A DNA stretch of 64,000 nt from Candidatus Woesebacteria bacterium (lineage in GTDB: Bacteria; Patescibacteriota; Microgenomatia; UBA8517), in contig CP055308.1 of the NCBI GenBank assembly GCA_013374855.1, positions 532,071 to 596,070 on the forward strand, in the 5' to 3' direction. The position numbers and the translations under genes were made by a program. The stretch's first letter is position 1. Each line of letters starts with the position of its first letter. Below are positions 37,620 through 47,933 of the stretch, in pieces. The notes beneath the pieces were generated by a model. That model ran no database searches. It worked only from the letters and a program-made list of their open reading frames with translations, and was not told the origin of the DNA.

Positions 37620-38725
37620 TATTCAGATTATTTTTATTAAAATTGTGTTCAAACTTTTCTATGAGAAAAAACAAGTTGTTTAAAAATATTTTGGAGGTTA
37701 ATAATTTTATTTTCCCCTTTTTGATTCCACTTACTTATTTTTTTCTTTTTCTTGAAACATATTCTTATATTGGAGCTTTGAGGAAGTATATACTAGTTGA
37801 CTCAAGGTTTTTTTTAGCGCTATCTGTAGTTAGTGCTTTTGGTGTTTTGATCAAAAAAATATTGTTTGATGAGGGGAAAATGGAAGAAAATAATATGACC
37901 TCATTTGCTTTGAGATTCAATTTTATTCTTACTCCAATTTTTTTTGCTTTTTATTTTATTTTAATAGGTCTTGAAAATAGAAATTACCCAAATTATGTTT
38001 TCTCCTCTTATCATTTACAACCTGACAACTTTTTTAATTTAGTTTTGCTTGGATTGGTTTTGTCATTTGTTGGAATTTTTTATTTTTATAATGAAAACGG
38101 CAAAGGAAAGGTAGATAGATTAATTCGATTTTTATTGATAGAGTTTGGTGATTTTTCTTTTGAGAAGACACAAAAGAGTTCTGTCTTTAGGGATTTTTTG
38201 TCTAGATCTTTGTTTTTGGTTTCTTTGTTTTTGCTTGTTGTCTATTTTTTTAACAATCTGTCGAAGAGTCTTTCTTTATCTTTCAAGAACACACTCTACA
38301 TTTTTACACATCTGGACGCGACTTATGATGATAAAATGAGAAAAGTATGGGGGTTTTATTATGATTATATGAAGTTTGTAAAAGAAAACACACCAGAAAA
38401 TGCAACAATAGTTATTCCTCCACAGCAGGCCCCTTGGCTTTCCGAGGGTAATGTAGCATTAAGTAGATATTTTCTTTATCCTAGGAAGTTGCTAAATGGT
38501 TATTATGATTCTTTACCAAAAGAGCATTTTGATTATGTTTTATTGGCTTACGGAACTTGGCGAGCCAATAAAGACGAGGATTATGGTTGGCCTAAAGTTG
38601 AGTTGGAAGCTTCTGAAATAATTTATTTGGATCCAAAGAATAATGAGGTAGGAAAAATTAAAGATGTTGTTTACAGGCCTAATTTTAATGATAAAGTTTT
38701 GTGGGGAGTTATAAAAGTTAAATAA
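37610..38725 (+). CDS. Hypothetical membrane protein with a C-terminal soluble domain
   Basis: Several TM helices lie in the N-terminal two-thirds, followed by a hydrophilic C-terminus (YDDKMRKVWGFYYDYMKF...). The start is TTG, with an alternative ATG at 37661. Confidence 0.35.
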   Translation: MGLIFRLFLLKLCSNFSMRKNKLFKNILEVNNFIFPFLIPLTYFFLFLETYSYIGALRKYILVDSRFFLALSVVSAFGVLIKKILFDEGKMEENNMTSFALRFNFILTPIFFAFYFILIGLENRNYPNYVFSSYHLQPDNFFNLVLLGLVLSFVGIFYFYNENGKGKVDRLIRFLLIEFGDFSFEKTQKSSVFRDFLSRSLFLVSLFLLVVYFFNNLSKSLSLSFKNTLYIFTHLDATYDDKMRKVWGFYYDYMKFVKENTPENATIVIPPQQAPWLSEGNVALSRYFLYPRKLLNGYYDSLPKEHFDYVLLAYGTWRANKDEDYGWPKVELEASEIIYLDPKNNEVGKIKDVVYRPNFNDKVLWGVIKVK

Positions 38726-38735
38726 ATTAGAAAAT

Positions 38736-40085
38736 ATGTTTCTTTTAAAATTATTGCTATTTTTGTTTCTTTTATTTTTTTTAGGTTTTTTGATAACTTT
38801 TCTTTTTAAAATAAAATTTCATCTAATAGAAAGGATTTCTCTTTCCTATCTTCTAGGTATTGGCATTTTGACCTTTTTGATATTTATTATGAATTATTTT
38901 TTGGGTTTGGGTTTTAGTTCAAAAAATACATTTGTTGTTTTGTTATTATTGATTTTTGTTTTACTGGTTTTGGAGCGAAATAATTTTATTCTTTTCTTCA
39001 GAAATATAAGAAGATCGAATATAAGCATTTATTTTTTTAAAGATAAATATTCTTTAGTTTTTGCTTTCTCTATTTTTATTCTTTTGTTTTTTAGTCTGGT
39101 AAGAAATATTTATTGGCCTGTTTCTGATTGGGATGCTCTTGCTTTGTATGATTTTAGAGCTAAAGTCTTTCTATCTGAACCTAGTCTTTTAAAAGCTGGT
39201 TTGAATAACAGTTATTTTGTTCATTATCCACTTCTTACTTCTTTGGCACATCTTTTTGTGTATCAGACTGGCTTGAGTAATCCTAAATTTATTTATAGTC
39301 TTTTTTATTTGTCTTTTATTTTTATTTTTTATTTTTCTCTTCAAAGAAATGTTGGAAGTAATAAAGCAGTTTTTTTCTCATTAATTTTGGCACTAGTGCC
39401 TGAAATTTTTGGACATTCAACGATGGCGTATACAAATTTGCCTTATACTGTTTATTTGTGTTCTGGTGTTTTTTATCTTTATGAGTGGATAAAAAACAAA
39501 CAAAGATCTCTATTGGTTCTTTCTGGTTTGTTGGTTGGTCTTTCAAGCTGGGTTAGAATTTCAGAACCATTTTGGATGGTTCCTGTTTTGATAGTTATCT
39601 TTTTTTCAATCAAAAGAAAAGATTTTTTTAGTACATTTATTTATTTTTTTTCTGTTTATGTTTTCTACAAGGCGTGGTTATCTTTTATGGCAAAAGTAAA
39701 TTTTTTGAATTATGTTGAAGGCGGAGCAAGTTTGTCACTTATTGAAAGGTATTTGCCAATTTTGAAGACGATTAGTTTGGAGAGGATTATTTTGGTTGCT
39801 CAATACCTGTACAAAAATGTTTTTTCTAGTTGGGGATTGTTGTTTCCTATTTTTGTTTTGACTTCTTTATTTTTGTTCTTGAATTTGAGAAGAAGAAAAA
39901 AAGAAATAGAAGTTTTTTATTTTTGGTCTATAATATTTCTGTTTTTTATCTTTCTGTTTTTTGGCACTCTTCTTTTTTCTTACACTTTTCCCAATTGGCA
40001 ACATATTCCTGATTCGGCAAGAAGAATGAGTATGTTTTTTATCCCATTGATAATTTATTATTTTTCATTTGCAAATAATTTATAG
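38736..40085 (+). CDS. Polytopic membrane protein (uncharacterized; GT-C or polymerase-like topology)
   Basis: It has about 12 TM helices and no recognizable soluble domain. Confidence 0.35.
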   Translation: MFLLKLLLFLFLLFFLGFLITFLFKIKFHLIERISLSYLLGIGILTFLIFIMNYFLGLGFSSKNTFVVLLLLIFVLLVLERNNFILFFRNIRRSNISIYFFKDKYSLVFAFSIFILLFFSLVRNIYWPVSDWDALALYDFRAKVFLSEPSLLKAGLNNSYFVHYPLLTSLAHLFVYQTGLSNPKFIYSLFYLSFIFIFYFSLQRNVGSNKAVFFSLILALVPEIFGHSTMAYTNLPYTVYLCSGVFYLYEWIKNKQRSLLVLSGLLVGLSSWVRISEPFWMVPVLIVIFFSIKRKDFFSTFIYFFSVYVFYKAWLSFMAKVNFLNYVEGGASLSLIERYLPILKTISLERIILVAQYLYKNVFSSWGLLFPIFVLTSLFLFLNLRRRKKEIEVFYFWSIIFLFFIFLFFGTLLFSYTFPNWQHIPDSARRMSMFFIPLIIYYFSFANNL

Positions 40086-40257
40086 TGTAGCTTATTAATC
40101 AACTTAGAGCTAGCTGGTTTTATTTTCAATTACCAACTTGATAAAATATGGCTCGATACTTTTTTATTTTTTCACAGTGTATGCACAATATTTTTTGGTC
40201 TTATGTTATTTTAATGTTGTTAGATTTTGCAGTTTGAACAATCTATTCTTATATAAG

Positions 40258-41355
40258 ATGAAAATACTTTATGATTATCAGATTTTTAGTTTTCAAGAGT
40301 ATGGGGGTATCTCTAGGTATTTTTATGAATTGATCAAAGGAATGGAGAAATTAGGCAACGAAGTTTTTATTGATGGAAGGTTTTCTAATAATATTTTTTT
40401 GCCCAAATTAAAAGGTGGGGTTAAAAAATTTTTGCCTGATTATAAATTGCCATATAAAAATATTTTGTTATTTTATCTTAATAGATTTTTGGACGGTGAG
40501 AGATTGAAGAAAGGGAATTTTGATATTTTTCATCCTACTTATTATCATCCTTATTTTCTTCCGTTGCTAAAAGGCAGACCTTATGTGGTTACTGTTTTTG
40601 ATATGACTCATGAATTGTTTCCTGATAAATGTGGTGGTTTTATAAAGAAAACCTTAGAGTATAAGAGAAAGGTTGTTTTGGGAGCTAATAAGATTATTGC
40701 AATATCTGAAAGTACAAAAAATGATTTAATTAGATTATATGGTTTATCTAAAAGTAAGATAGAAGTCATATATTTGGGTAATCCATTGGAAGGAGTAAGA
40801 CCTTTAAAGGTTCCATCTCTGCCAGCGAATTACATTCTTTATGTTGGTAATCGCTCCGGTTATAAAAACTTTTTGTTTTTTGTGGAATCTATATCGACCA
40901 TTCTTATTAGAGAGAAAGATCTTTTTCTTGTGTGTGCCGGGGGTGGTGATTTTTCTAGCCAAGAGAGTAAATTGTTTTCTAAGTTGGGAATTCTTGGGAA
41001 AGTAAAACAAGTAAGTTTTAAAAGTGACAGAGAATTGGCTTATATTTACAAAAAAGCCAAAGTTTATGTACTTCCTTCACTATACGAAGGTTTTGGTCTA
41101 ACTGTTTTAGAGGCTTTTTCTATGGGCTGTCCTGTTATTGCAAGTAACAGAAGTTCTATACCTGAAGTTTGTGGAAAGGCTGCTGTCTATGTAAATCCAG
41201 AGGATAGAGAATCTATAAAAATAGCTGTTGAAAAAGTTTTGTCGGATGAAGATGTTAGAAATCATATAGTTTACTTAGGTTTTTTAACATTAAAGAGATT
41301 TTCTTGGGCCAAAACTGTTACAGAAACGTTGAATGTTTATAAATCTCTATGTTAG
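40258..41355 (+). CDS. GT4 glycosyltransferase
   Basis: VYVLPSLYEGFGLTVLEAFSMGCPVIASNRSSIPEV. I set the start at the internal ATG (MKILYDYQIF). The ORF as given begins at 40138. Confidence 0.7.
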   Translation: MKILYDYQIFSFQEYGGISRYFYELIKGMEKLGNEVFIDGRFSNNIFLPKLKGGVKKFLPDYKLPYKNILLFYLNRFLDGERLKKGNFDIFHPTYYHPYFLPLLKGRPYVVTVFDMTHELFPDKCGGFIKKTLEYKRKVVLGANKIIAISESTKNDLIRLYGLSKSKIEVIYLGNPLEGVRPLKVPSLPANYILYVGNRSGYKNFLFFVESISTILIREKDLFLVCAGGGDFSSQESKLFSKLGILGKVKQVSFKSDRELAYIYKKAKVYVLPSLYEGFGLTVLEAFSMGCPVIASNRSSIPEVCGKAAVYVNPEDRESIKIAVEKVLSDEDVRNHIVYLGFLTLKRFSWAKTVTETLNVYKSLC

Positions 41356-41370
41356 TCTTGATTTGAAATA

Positions 41371-42501
41371 ATGAGAAATGTTCTTTTTTTAACAAATGAT
41401 ATAAATTTGCAAAAAGGAGGTCAGGAGTTGGCAAATAAGTATTTAGTTGGTGTTTTGAGTAAAAAGTTTAATTTGAGTATTATAAATCTTAAGTTTTATC
41501 CAATCGCCACACACTATGGTAAGGTTAGATTGGATTTTGAAGTTGATTTTGTAAATTTGGGTTTTTTAAGTGGTTTTAAGCAATTGATATCTTTATTAAG
41601 AGAAGTTCTAAAAAAAAATAGTTTTGATTTGGTTGTGATATCTGCTAATCCATTTTCTACACTTCTTTTATTTTTTATTTTAAAGTCTCATTTCTTGTTT
41701 AAAAAACTTAAGGTGGTCCATTGGTGTCATATAGATCCTTTGTCTTCTATATTTCGGGCGTCTAGAATTCCGTTTATACTTTATCCTTTGGGTCTATTTT
41801 TGTATAGGAAATTTGATTTAATAGTTATTACGAACCCTTTTATGGGGAAAGTTTTTAATAATTATTATTTTGTTCCGAAAAGAAAGATGAAACTAATAAC
41901 TTATCCACTAAGACCTGATTTTGATAAAAAGATTAAGGAAAAGATAAAATTTAATTTTTCAAGGCCTGTGGTTGTTACTGCAACTAGGCTTACACAGACA
42001 CAAAAAGATCCAGCTACTTTAATTAAGGCTTTTAAGATTGTTAATAAAAAATTTCCGAGCGCTTCTTTATTGCTTTTGGGTGATGGTCCAGATAAGGAAA
42101 AATTAAGAATGTTAGCTAAGGAGTTAGGTATCTATAATAGTGTCCATTTTCTGGGTTTTGTTGATAACCCGCTTGGGTATTTTAGACGATCTGATGTTTT
42201 TGTTTTGTCTAGTAGAAGTGAAGGTACCCCAATTGTACTTGTTGAAGCTCAAGCTTGCGGTGTGCCAATAGTGGCTACTGATTGTCCAGTGGGTCCAAGG
42301 TGGGTTTTGGATTCGGGGAAAGCTGGTATTCTAACTAAAGTTGGTTCTTCTGATGAATTGGCAAATGCTATAATAAATCTGTTAAGCAAAAAAGAACCAG
42401 CTAGTAAAATGGTGAATAGGGGATTGTTATTATCAAAAAGGTTTGCTTTTAGGAAATTTGAGCTAGATTGGGTTAGGACTTTAAATAAATTAATAAGTTA
42501 A
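41371..42501 (+). CDS. GT4 glycosyltransferase
   Basis: VFVLSSRSEGTPIVLVEAQACGVPIVATDCPVGPR. Confidence 0.7.
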   Translation: MRNVLFLTNDINLQKGGQELANKYLVGVLSKKFNLSIINLKFYPIATHYGKVRLDFEVDFVNLGFLSGFKQLISLLREVLKKNSFDLVVISANPFSTLLLFFILKSHFLFKKLKVVHWCHIDPLSSIFRASRIPFILYPLGLFLYRKFDLIVITNPFMGKVFNNYYFVPKRKMKLITYPLRPDFDKKIKEKIKFNFSRPVVVTATRLTQTQKDPATLIKAFKIVNKKFPSASLLLLGDGPDKEKLRMLAKELGIYNSVHFLGFVDNPLGYFRRSDVFVLSSRSEGTPIVLVEAQACGVPIVATDCPVGPRWVLDSGKAGILTKVGSSDELANAIINLLSKKEPASKMVNRGLLLSKRFAFRKFELDWVRTLNKLIS

Positions 42502-42502
42502 T

Positions 42503-43642
42503 ATGAAATATTTTAATTCTAAAGAGGTTTTACTAGATGTAATTTCTGATTGCCAAAAAAACTTTTTAAATAATTTCAATACCAGTTTTGTTTATTTTTC
42601 TAAGTCGATTAGGGCAGACAATTTTTTATATGTACTTTTTCGTACCTTTACGAACCAAAGAATTAGAGATCGAGTTTTTAGGTTGATTGGTTTTTTCAAA
42701 AATTTGAAAAGCAAGGAGTATGATTTTAAGTATGTGGATAATAATGAGTATGAATATTTAAAGTGTTATTCTTTAGATTATCTAAATTATGTTTTTAAGT
42801 ACAATCCGCTTCTTAATTTATCTTATTTTTCTTTAAGGGATAAGAAAGAAATTCTTAGTTTTATTAAGAAATATTTTTATTTTGTTTTTCTGGGAAAAAT
42901 TCCAAAATCTCTTTTTACTGATGAGGAGTTGTTTTTTGAGAAAAAAAGAATAGAAGAGCAAGACAAGATTAGAATTGTTTCTGGTCATTTTGAATATCGT
43001 GGTTTTAAGACTTGTTTTCCAGCGATTATTAACCTTGTAGATTTTAGTTGCTATAAAGTTTCTAATAGAAGAATTAAGATCGCTTTAGATTTGGGTGGTT
43101 TTATCGGAGATACTGCTTATGCTATTTATAGAACCCTAAGTCCCGATAAGATTTTTGTTTTTGAACCAAACCCTGAGAATATGTCTATTTTGAGACAAAA
43201 TATTAAACTAAATTCGCTAGATAAATTTGTTGTACCGGTAGAGATGGCTGTAGGTCTAAAAGAGGGTAGATTTTCTTTTAAAATGGCGGGTGGTGCTTCT
43301 GGGTTGTTGGGTAGTAATGTTCTAAGCAGTAATGATTCTGTTATTAATGTAAAAGTTACATCTATAGATAACTTTGTTAAGAAGAATAAAATAAACAAAG
43401 TTGATTTTATAAAGATGGATATTGAGGGAGCAGAATTTGACGCGCTAAAGGGTGCTGTTAATACCTTAAGAAGAGATAAACCTGATTTGTTGATTGCTAT
43501 TTATCACAAAGGAGAGCATTTTTTTGAAATCCCCGGTTGGCTTAAGAAGCAAGTTCCTGAGTACAATCTTAGATTTGTGGCGATGAATGGTGCCTCTCCT
43601 ATAATGGAAAGGTATATTGCCGCTTCTGTCAGAAAAATATAA
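42503..43642 (+). CDS. FkbM-family SAM-dependent methyltransferase with an N-terminal extension of about 190 aa of unknown function
   Basis: ALDLGGFIGDTAYAIYRTLSPDKIFVFEPNPENMSILRQNIKLNSL...VPVEMAVG is the Methyltransf_21/FkbM signature. Confidence 0.6.
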   Translation: MKYFNSKEVLLDVISDCQKNFLNNFNTSFVYFSKSIRADNFLYVLFRTFTNQRIRDRVFRLIGFFKNLKSKEYDFKYVDNNEYEYLKCYSLDYLNYVFKYNPLLNLSYFSLRDKKEILSFIKKYFYFVFLGKIPKSLFTDEELFFEKKRIEEQDKIRIVSGHFEYRGFKTCFPAIINLVDFSCYKVSNRRIKIALDLGGFIGDTAYAIYRTLSPDKIFVFEPNPENMSILRQNIKLNSLDKFVVPVEMAVGLKEGRFSFKMAGGASGLLGSNVLSSNDSVINVKVTSIDNFVKKNKINKVDFIKMDIEGAEFDALKGAVNTLRRDKPDLLIAIYHKGEHFFEIPGWLKKQVPEYNLRFVAMNGASPIMERYIAASVRKI

Positions 43643-43873
43643 TCTAGTTTGTTTGGCTCGATCTCTTAAACTGCCATTTTTTGACAGTATGTTGAAATGT
43701 ACCTGGATTGCTTATTCTATAAATGGGGGAGGTGTTTAAAATTTTTTTTATATCTTATCTTCTGTAGTATAATTTTCTCTAATGTATCTTTCATTTTCTG
43801 ATGCTAATAAGTTTGCTCTTGACGGCGTATAAAGTTTTGGTGGGGTAATGGTTCATTTGACAAAATATGATTT

Positions 43874-44530
43874 TTGTTTCACAATTACTACCAAATGTGG
43901 GGTATTTCTGAAATAAAAAATAAGGATTTAATAGAAAACAAGCCTTATATTACTCGCAGTGAGCTTGCTATTTTGCTTGATAAAAGCAGCAAAAACCTTG
44001 ATAAAAAAATTTTAAGTCTTATCAAAAGCCGGTATTTACTCCCTCTCAAGAAAGGTCTTTATACAACCACAATCTATAAAATTAAATCCCCGCCGGGTTT
44101 TGAGGAATACCTTGCTAATATTATTTACTATCCTTCATATCTTTCATTGGAGTATGTTTTGTCAAAAGAAGGTGTGATACCCGAGTCTGTTTATGTATAT
44201 ACTTCTATAACTTCAAAGACAACTCGTTTTTTTGAAAATGAGGTGGGCAAGTTTAGTTACAGGAAAATTAGCGGCAAATTGTTTGATGGGTTTACTCTTA
44301 AAGATTTTGAGAGCGGACTGAAGATAAAAATAGCTTCAAAATCAAAAGCGCTTTTTGATTTTTTCTATTTGAAGCCTTTCAAAAATATAGAGTTAGAGAT
44401 TGACGATCTGAGGATAAACTGGAATGTGTTTGATTTATCTGATCTTAATGAGTTTTATTTTTGGGTTGATGTTTCCCAATCTCCAAAGATGGAAAAAATA
44501 AAGAAAATAGTTAGAGATAAAATTTTATGA
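43874..44530 (+). CDS. AbiEi-like protein: putative type IV antitoxin / transcriptional regulator partner of the downstream AbiEii
   Basis: The N-terminus has ITRSELAILLDKSSKNL...LKKGLYT, which is winged-HTH-like. It is about 218 aa and has a 4-nt overlap with the downstream nucleotidyltransferase gene. Confidence 0.45.
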   Translation: MFHNYYQMWGISEIKNKDLIENKPYITRSELAILLDKSSKNLDKKILSLIKSRYLLPLKKGLYTTTIYKIKSPPGFEEYLANIIYYPSYLSLEYVLSKEGVIPESVYVYTSITSKTTRFFENEVGKFSYRKISGKLFDGFTLKDFESGLKIKIASKSKALFDFFYLKPFKNIELEIDDLRINWNVFDLSDLNEFYFWVDVSQSPKMEKIKKIVRDKIL

Positions 44531-45369
44531 TACTTGATAACCTAAAATTAACAGTAGATAGAAATAAAGATAAGAATAAACTTTATTTGAGAAACCTTCT
44601 GAAAGAGGAGCTGCAGTATTATGTTTTGAACTATGTCTATAATTCTGTTTATGGACCAAAGTTTTTATTTAAGGGTGGAACTGCTCTTCGTTTTTGTCTT
44701 GATTTGCCTAGAGTTTCTGAAGATTTGGATTTTGATGTTTTTGATTATGAGAATTTTAACCATTCTGACTTTGCTGGTGATTTAAAGGATTATTTTTCTA
44801 AAAGACTGGGGTTTGACGACTTGAATATTAGTATTTCGGGGAAAAATAAGATAATTTATCTTAAGTTTTTTGTGCTAGATAAGATTGGTTTTCCTTTAGA
44901 GAAAGGCAAACCTTCGGATAAAAATCTTTTCTTGAGGATAGACTTGGCTCCTGTTATGGGAGAGTTTTATAAACAGGAAGTTTCACTTAAGTCTGCTTAT
45001 GATTTTTCCTTCATTATTAAAAGATACTCTTTTGAGGACATTTTGTCCGGAAAAATTTTTGCCGTGTTAAGTAGGTGGAGATTTCAGGGTAAAAATATAG
45101 AACCGCGATTCAAGGGCAGAGATTATTTTGATATATTCTGGCTTTCAGGGAAGGGTATAAAACCGAATCTTAAGTATCTTTACAGTCTTGTGGGTTTCAA
45201 GAATAAGAAGCTCCTCAAAAGTAAAATTCAAGAAAAGATTAATCAGGCATTAAAAAAGAAAGAAATGATAAGAGATGATTTAATACCCTTTTTCCAAGAG
45301 AGGAAATTTGTTGACGATTTTATTGAAAATTTTGAATCTTTTGGAAGATATTTTCTTGAAAATCTTTGA
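44527..45369 (+). CDS. AbiEii/AbiGii-family nucleotidyltransferase toxin (DUF1814)
   Basis: LFKGGTALRFCLDLPRVSEDLDFDV is the hallmark GGTAL...R.S.DLDF motif. Confidence 0.65.
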   Translation: MILDNLKLTVDRNKDKNKLYLRNLLKEELQYYVLNYVYNSVYGPKFLFKGGTALRFCLDLPRVSEDLDFDVFDYENFNHSDFAGDLKDYFSKRLGFDDLNISISGKNKIIYLKFFVLDKIGFPLEKGKPSDKNLFLRIDLAPVMGEFYKQEVSLKSAYDFSFIIKRYSFEDILSGKIFAVLSRWRFQGKNIEPRFKGRDYFDIFWLSGKGIKPNLKYLYSLVGFKNKKLLKSKIQEKINQALKKKEMIRDDLIPFFQERKFVDDFIENFESFGRYFLENL

Positions 45370-45380
45370 TTTTATAGATT

Positions 45381-46940
45381 ATGTTTTCGCTTTTTCTTTC
45401 TTTTTCTGATGCTGCTAAATTTGCTGATGTTGCAAGGAATTTTGTGGAAGGAAAAGGTTGGGGTTCTTCTTTTTCTTTTTTTTCTCCTTCTATTTTTGAC
45501 CAGCTCTCAAGGCCAGTTTTTGATATGGGAATTTTTCCGCTTCAGCCGTTTTTTATTTCCTTGTTTTTTCGTGTTTTCGGAATAAGTGACTTTGCTGTTG
45601 TTGCCACTTCATTTTTCTTTTATTTGCTTTCTTTAATTTTTGTATTTTTATTGGCAAATAAAGTTTTTGAAAATAAAATTATTGCTTTTCTTTCTTTTTT
45701 GGCAGTTGCTTTTAACATAAATCTTATTGATTATGCAACAAGTGGGGCATCAGAACCCTTGTTTATTGCGGAGGTTGTCTTGGCTTTTTATTTGGTTTCT
45801 TTTAAGAAAAGAATTGCGGATATTTTTGCAATTTTTGTGCTTATTTTGGCTTATTTTACAAGAGCTCATGCTTTTATTTATATAGCAGGGGCAATTCTTT
45901 TTTGGCTTTCCTTGAGATTTAACCTGAAAAAAACTGTTTTTTATTTTGGTGCGGTTTTATTTTTGGGGGTTTTATTTGATCGACTGGTTTTATACCCATT
46001 GTCAGGCAAGTTTTTTATTTATTCAGTGTTGGGAAGCGGACAGTTTGCTGTTTTGCAACACAGCCCGGATTGGGCGGTGTCGGATACTTTGAGGGGGCTT
46101 CCACGGCAGTCTTTTGATTTTTTGGCTTTGTTTAAAAAAGTTTTCTATAACCTTTACAATTTCTATAAGTTAATGCCAAATATTCTAAACCCATATCTTT
46201 TTGCTCTTTTTGTTATTTCTTTTTTTGTTCCTTCAAAATCAAAAACAATTGGTGCTTTTAAGACTGCATCTTTTTTTGTCTTTATTTTTGTTTTTTTAGT
46301 GGCGGCGCTGACTATTCCTTTTTACCGCTATCTTCACCCTGTGGTTCCTTTTGTTTATGTATTGGGGGTAGCAACTTTAGTTGGGTTCTTGAATGCAGAT
46401 TATAAAATGGGAAAGAAGATAGGTTCTTTTTCAATTCGCGGTTTTCTTGCTGTATTTTTGATTTTTATATTTGCAGTTGGGCAGAGTGTTGGTGTTTTAG
46501 TGTTGGACAGGCGGTTTGAAAGAAAAATTTATAATTTTGGAAAACCTCCGGTTTACGTGGAGCTTGCTCATGTTTTGAAAGAAAACACAGATGAAAACCA
46601 AGTAGTAGTTACCAATCTTGATACTTGGGGAAGCTGGTATGGAAAGCGTAAGACTGTTTGGTTTCCTCTTGAACCAAAACAATTGATTAACCCTAAAAAT
46701 GGGGAAATTCCTTTTGATGCGATTTATCTGACAAACTACAAAATGGACGACCCGAATTATTATATGGGAAAAGAATGGCGGATGATTTTTGAAAATCCTC
46801 AAAATCCAGAAAAATGGGAGTGTGATGGGTGTTTTGAGATTGCAAAGAATTATACTCTCAAGGTAATTTACAAAATTAGCCCCGGTGATGTTTATGAAAA
46901 AGAGGAGGGGGTAGGAGTACTTTTTGTTAAAAAGAATTGA
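45381..46940 (+). CDS. ArnT-like GT-C membrane glycosyltransferase (GT83-like) with a C-terminal soluble domain
   Basis: DAAKFADVARNFVEGKGWG resembles the ArnT D(E)..YAEIAREM..G.W motif. It has about 11 TM segments. Confidence 0.55.
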   Translation: MFSLFLSFSDAAKFADVARNFVEGKGWGSSFSFFSPSIFDQLSRPVFDMGIFPLQPFFISLFFRVFGISDFAVVATSFFFYLLSLIFVFLLANKVFENKIIAFLSFLAVAFNINLIDYATSGASEPLFIAEVVLAFYLVSFKKRIADIFAIFVLILAYFTRAHAFIYIAGAILFWLSLRFNLKKTVFYFGAVLFLGVLFDRLVLYPLSGKFFIYSVLGSGQFAVLQHSPDWAVSDTLRGLPRQSFDFLALFKKVFYNLYNFYKLMPNILNPYLFALFVISFFVPSKSKTIGAFKTASFFVFIFVFLVAALTIPFYRYLHPVVPFVYVLGVATLVGFLNADYKMGKKIGSFSIRGFLAVFLIFIFAVGQSVGVLVLDRRFERKIYNFGKPPVYVELAHVLKENTDENQVVVTNLDTWGSWYGKRKTVWFPLEPKQLINPKNGEIPFDAIYLTNYKMDDPNYYMGKEWRMIFENPQNPEKWECDGCFEIAKNYTLKVIYKISPGDVYEKEEGVGVLFVKKN

Positions 46941-47507
46941 ATAGTTTTTTAGAAGCTGGCTGTTAAATGAATAATCATTTTTTGCTTTTTGTTAAAACCT
47001 TCTTTGCTGCTGAAATAAATGATTGTTTGGCGTGACCGACCTCATACAATAAGGTAAAAGTTGCGGGTATATAAAACATCTAATCTCGCATATGCCTTTT
47101 TCTTTTTTGTAGGAACAATATGTTTCTTCATTTTCATCTAGTTTTATTATTTTTATCTTGCTTATAATATTTTTGTTTTTGGGGTCTATTTTCTTCTAGA
47201 AAAAGTTTGTTATTTCTTATGCTTCTTCAATAAAGTTTTTGGTGATATTTTTGGGTATGCCGGTTTTTTGGCTTATTTGTTCTATGAAGTTTTTGTATCC
47301 TTTTTGTTTTGACTCTTGGTTTAGAAGCTTTGTAAGCTTGGTGAAGTGTCTTTCAGCTTCTTTCAATAATTTTATGTGTTTGCCAAAGCTTGTGACCTTT
47401 TCTTTGTAAGAAACCTTGGAGATTGGTATTTTTCTTATTTTAGGTGGGGTAATAATTTTTTAATCTTTTTGTATTCTTTTTTTCCACTTAATTATTTTTT
47501 AAAGAAG

Positions 47508-47933
47508 TCATTTTATTTTAGTTTGTAATTTAAAAACTTTTTTTCTAGTTTCCATTTTTGTTTGGGTCTTTGAGTAATCTAGCACTTCTTCTAGGAATTG
47601 CTTAAAAAATGGTGAATCTGGATGTCTTACATAAAAACCAAGTTCTGCTGCTGATTCGATGGCAGAGAAAAGTGTCTTTTCCTCTTCAATTAGTTTTCTC
47701 ACTTTTACCATAAAGTTAAAAAGCTTTTCTGAAATTGAAGAAAGTTCGTCAATTGAAATTTTTCCTTTTTCAAAATCTTTTATTGTCATAAGAAAAATTT
47801 TTTTTATCTGGTCTGTATTAATTTCTTTTTTTTCACTTTCAATTCCAGCTTTCTTTTTGTATTCCTCGAATTTTTTATAAGGGAAGGGGATTGTAATAAT
47901 TTTATTTATTTTCTTGGTTTTTAGACTTTTCAT
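47508..47933 (-). CDS. Hypothetical protein, paralog of 57259..57618
   Basis: Shared blocks are ISIDELSSISEKLFNF...GFYVRHPDSPFFKQFLEEVLDY in this copy and YSIDDLSAVCMKLFDI...SFYIRKPDLLPQFTKLLEEFFDI in the other. Confidence 0.45.
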   Translation of the reverse strand: MKSLKTKKINKIITIPFPYKKFEEYKKKAGIESEKKEINTDQIKKIFLMTIKDFEKGKISIDELSSISEKLFNFMVKVRKLIEEEKTLFSAIESAAELGFYVRHPDSPFFKQFLEEVLDYSKTQTKMETRKKVFKLQTKIK

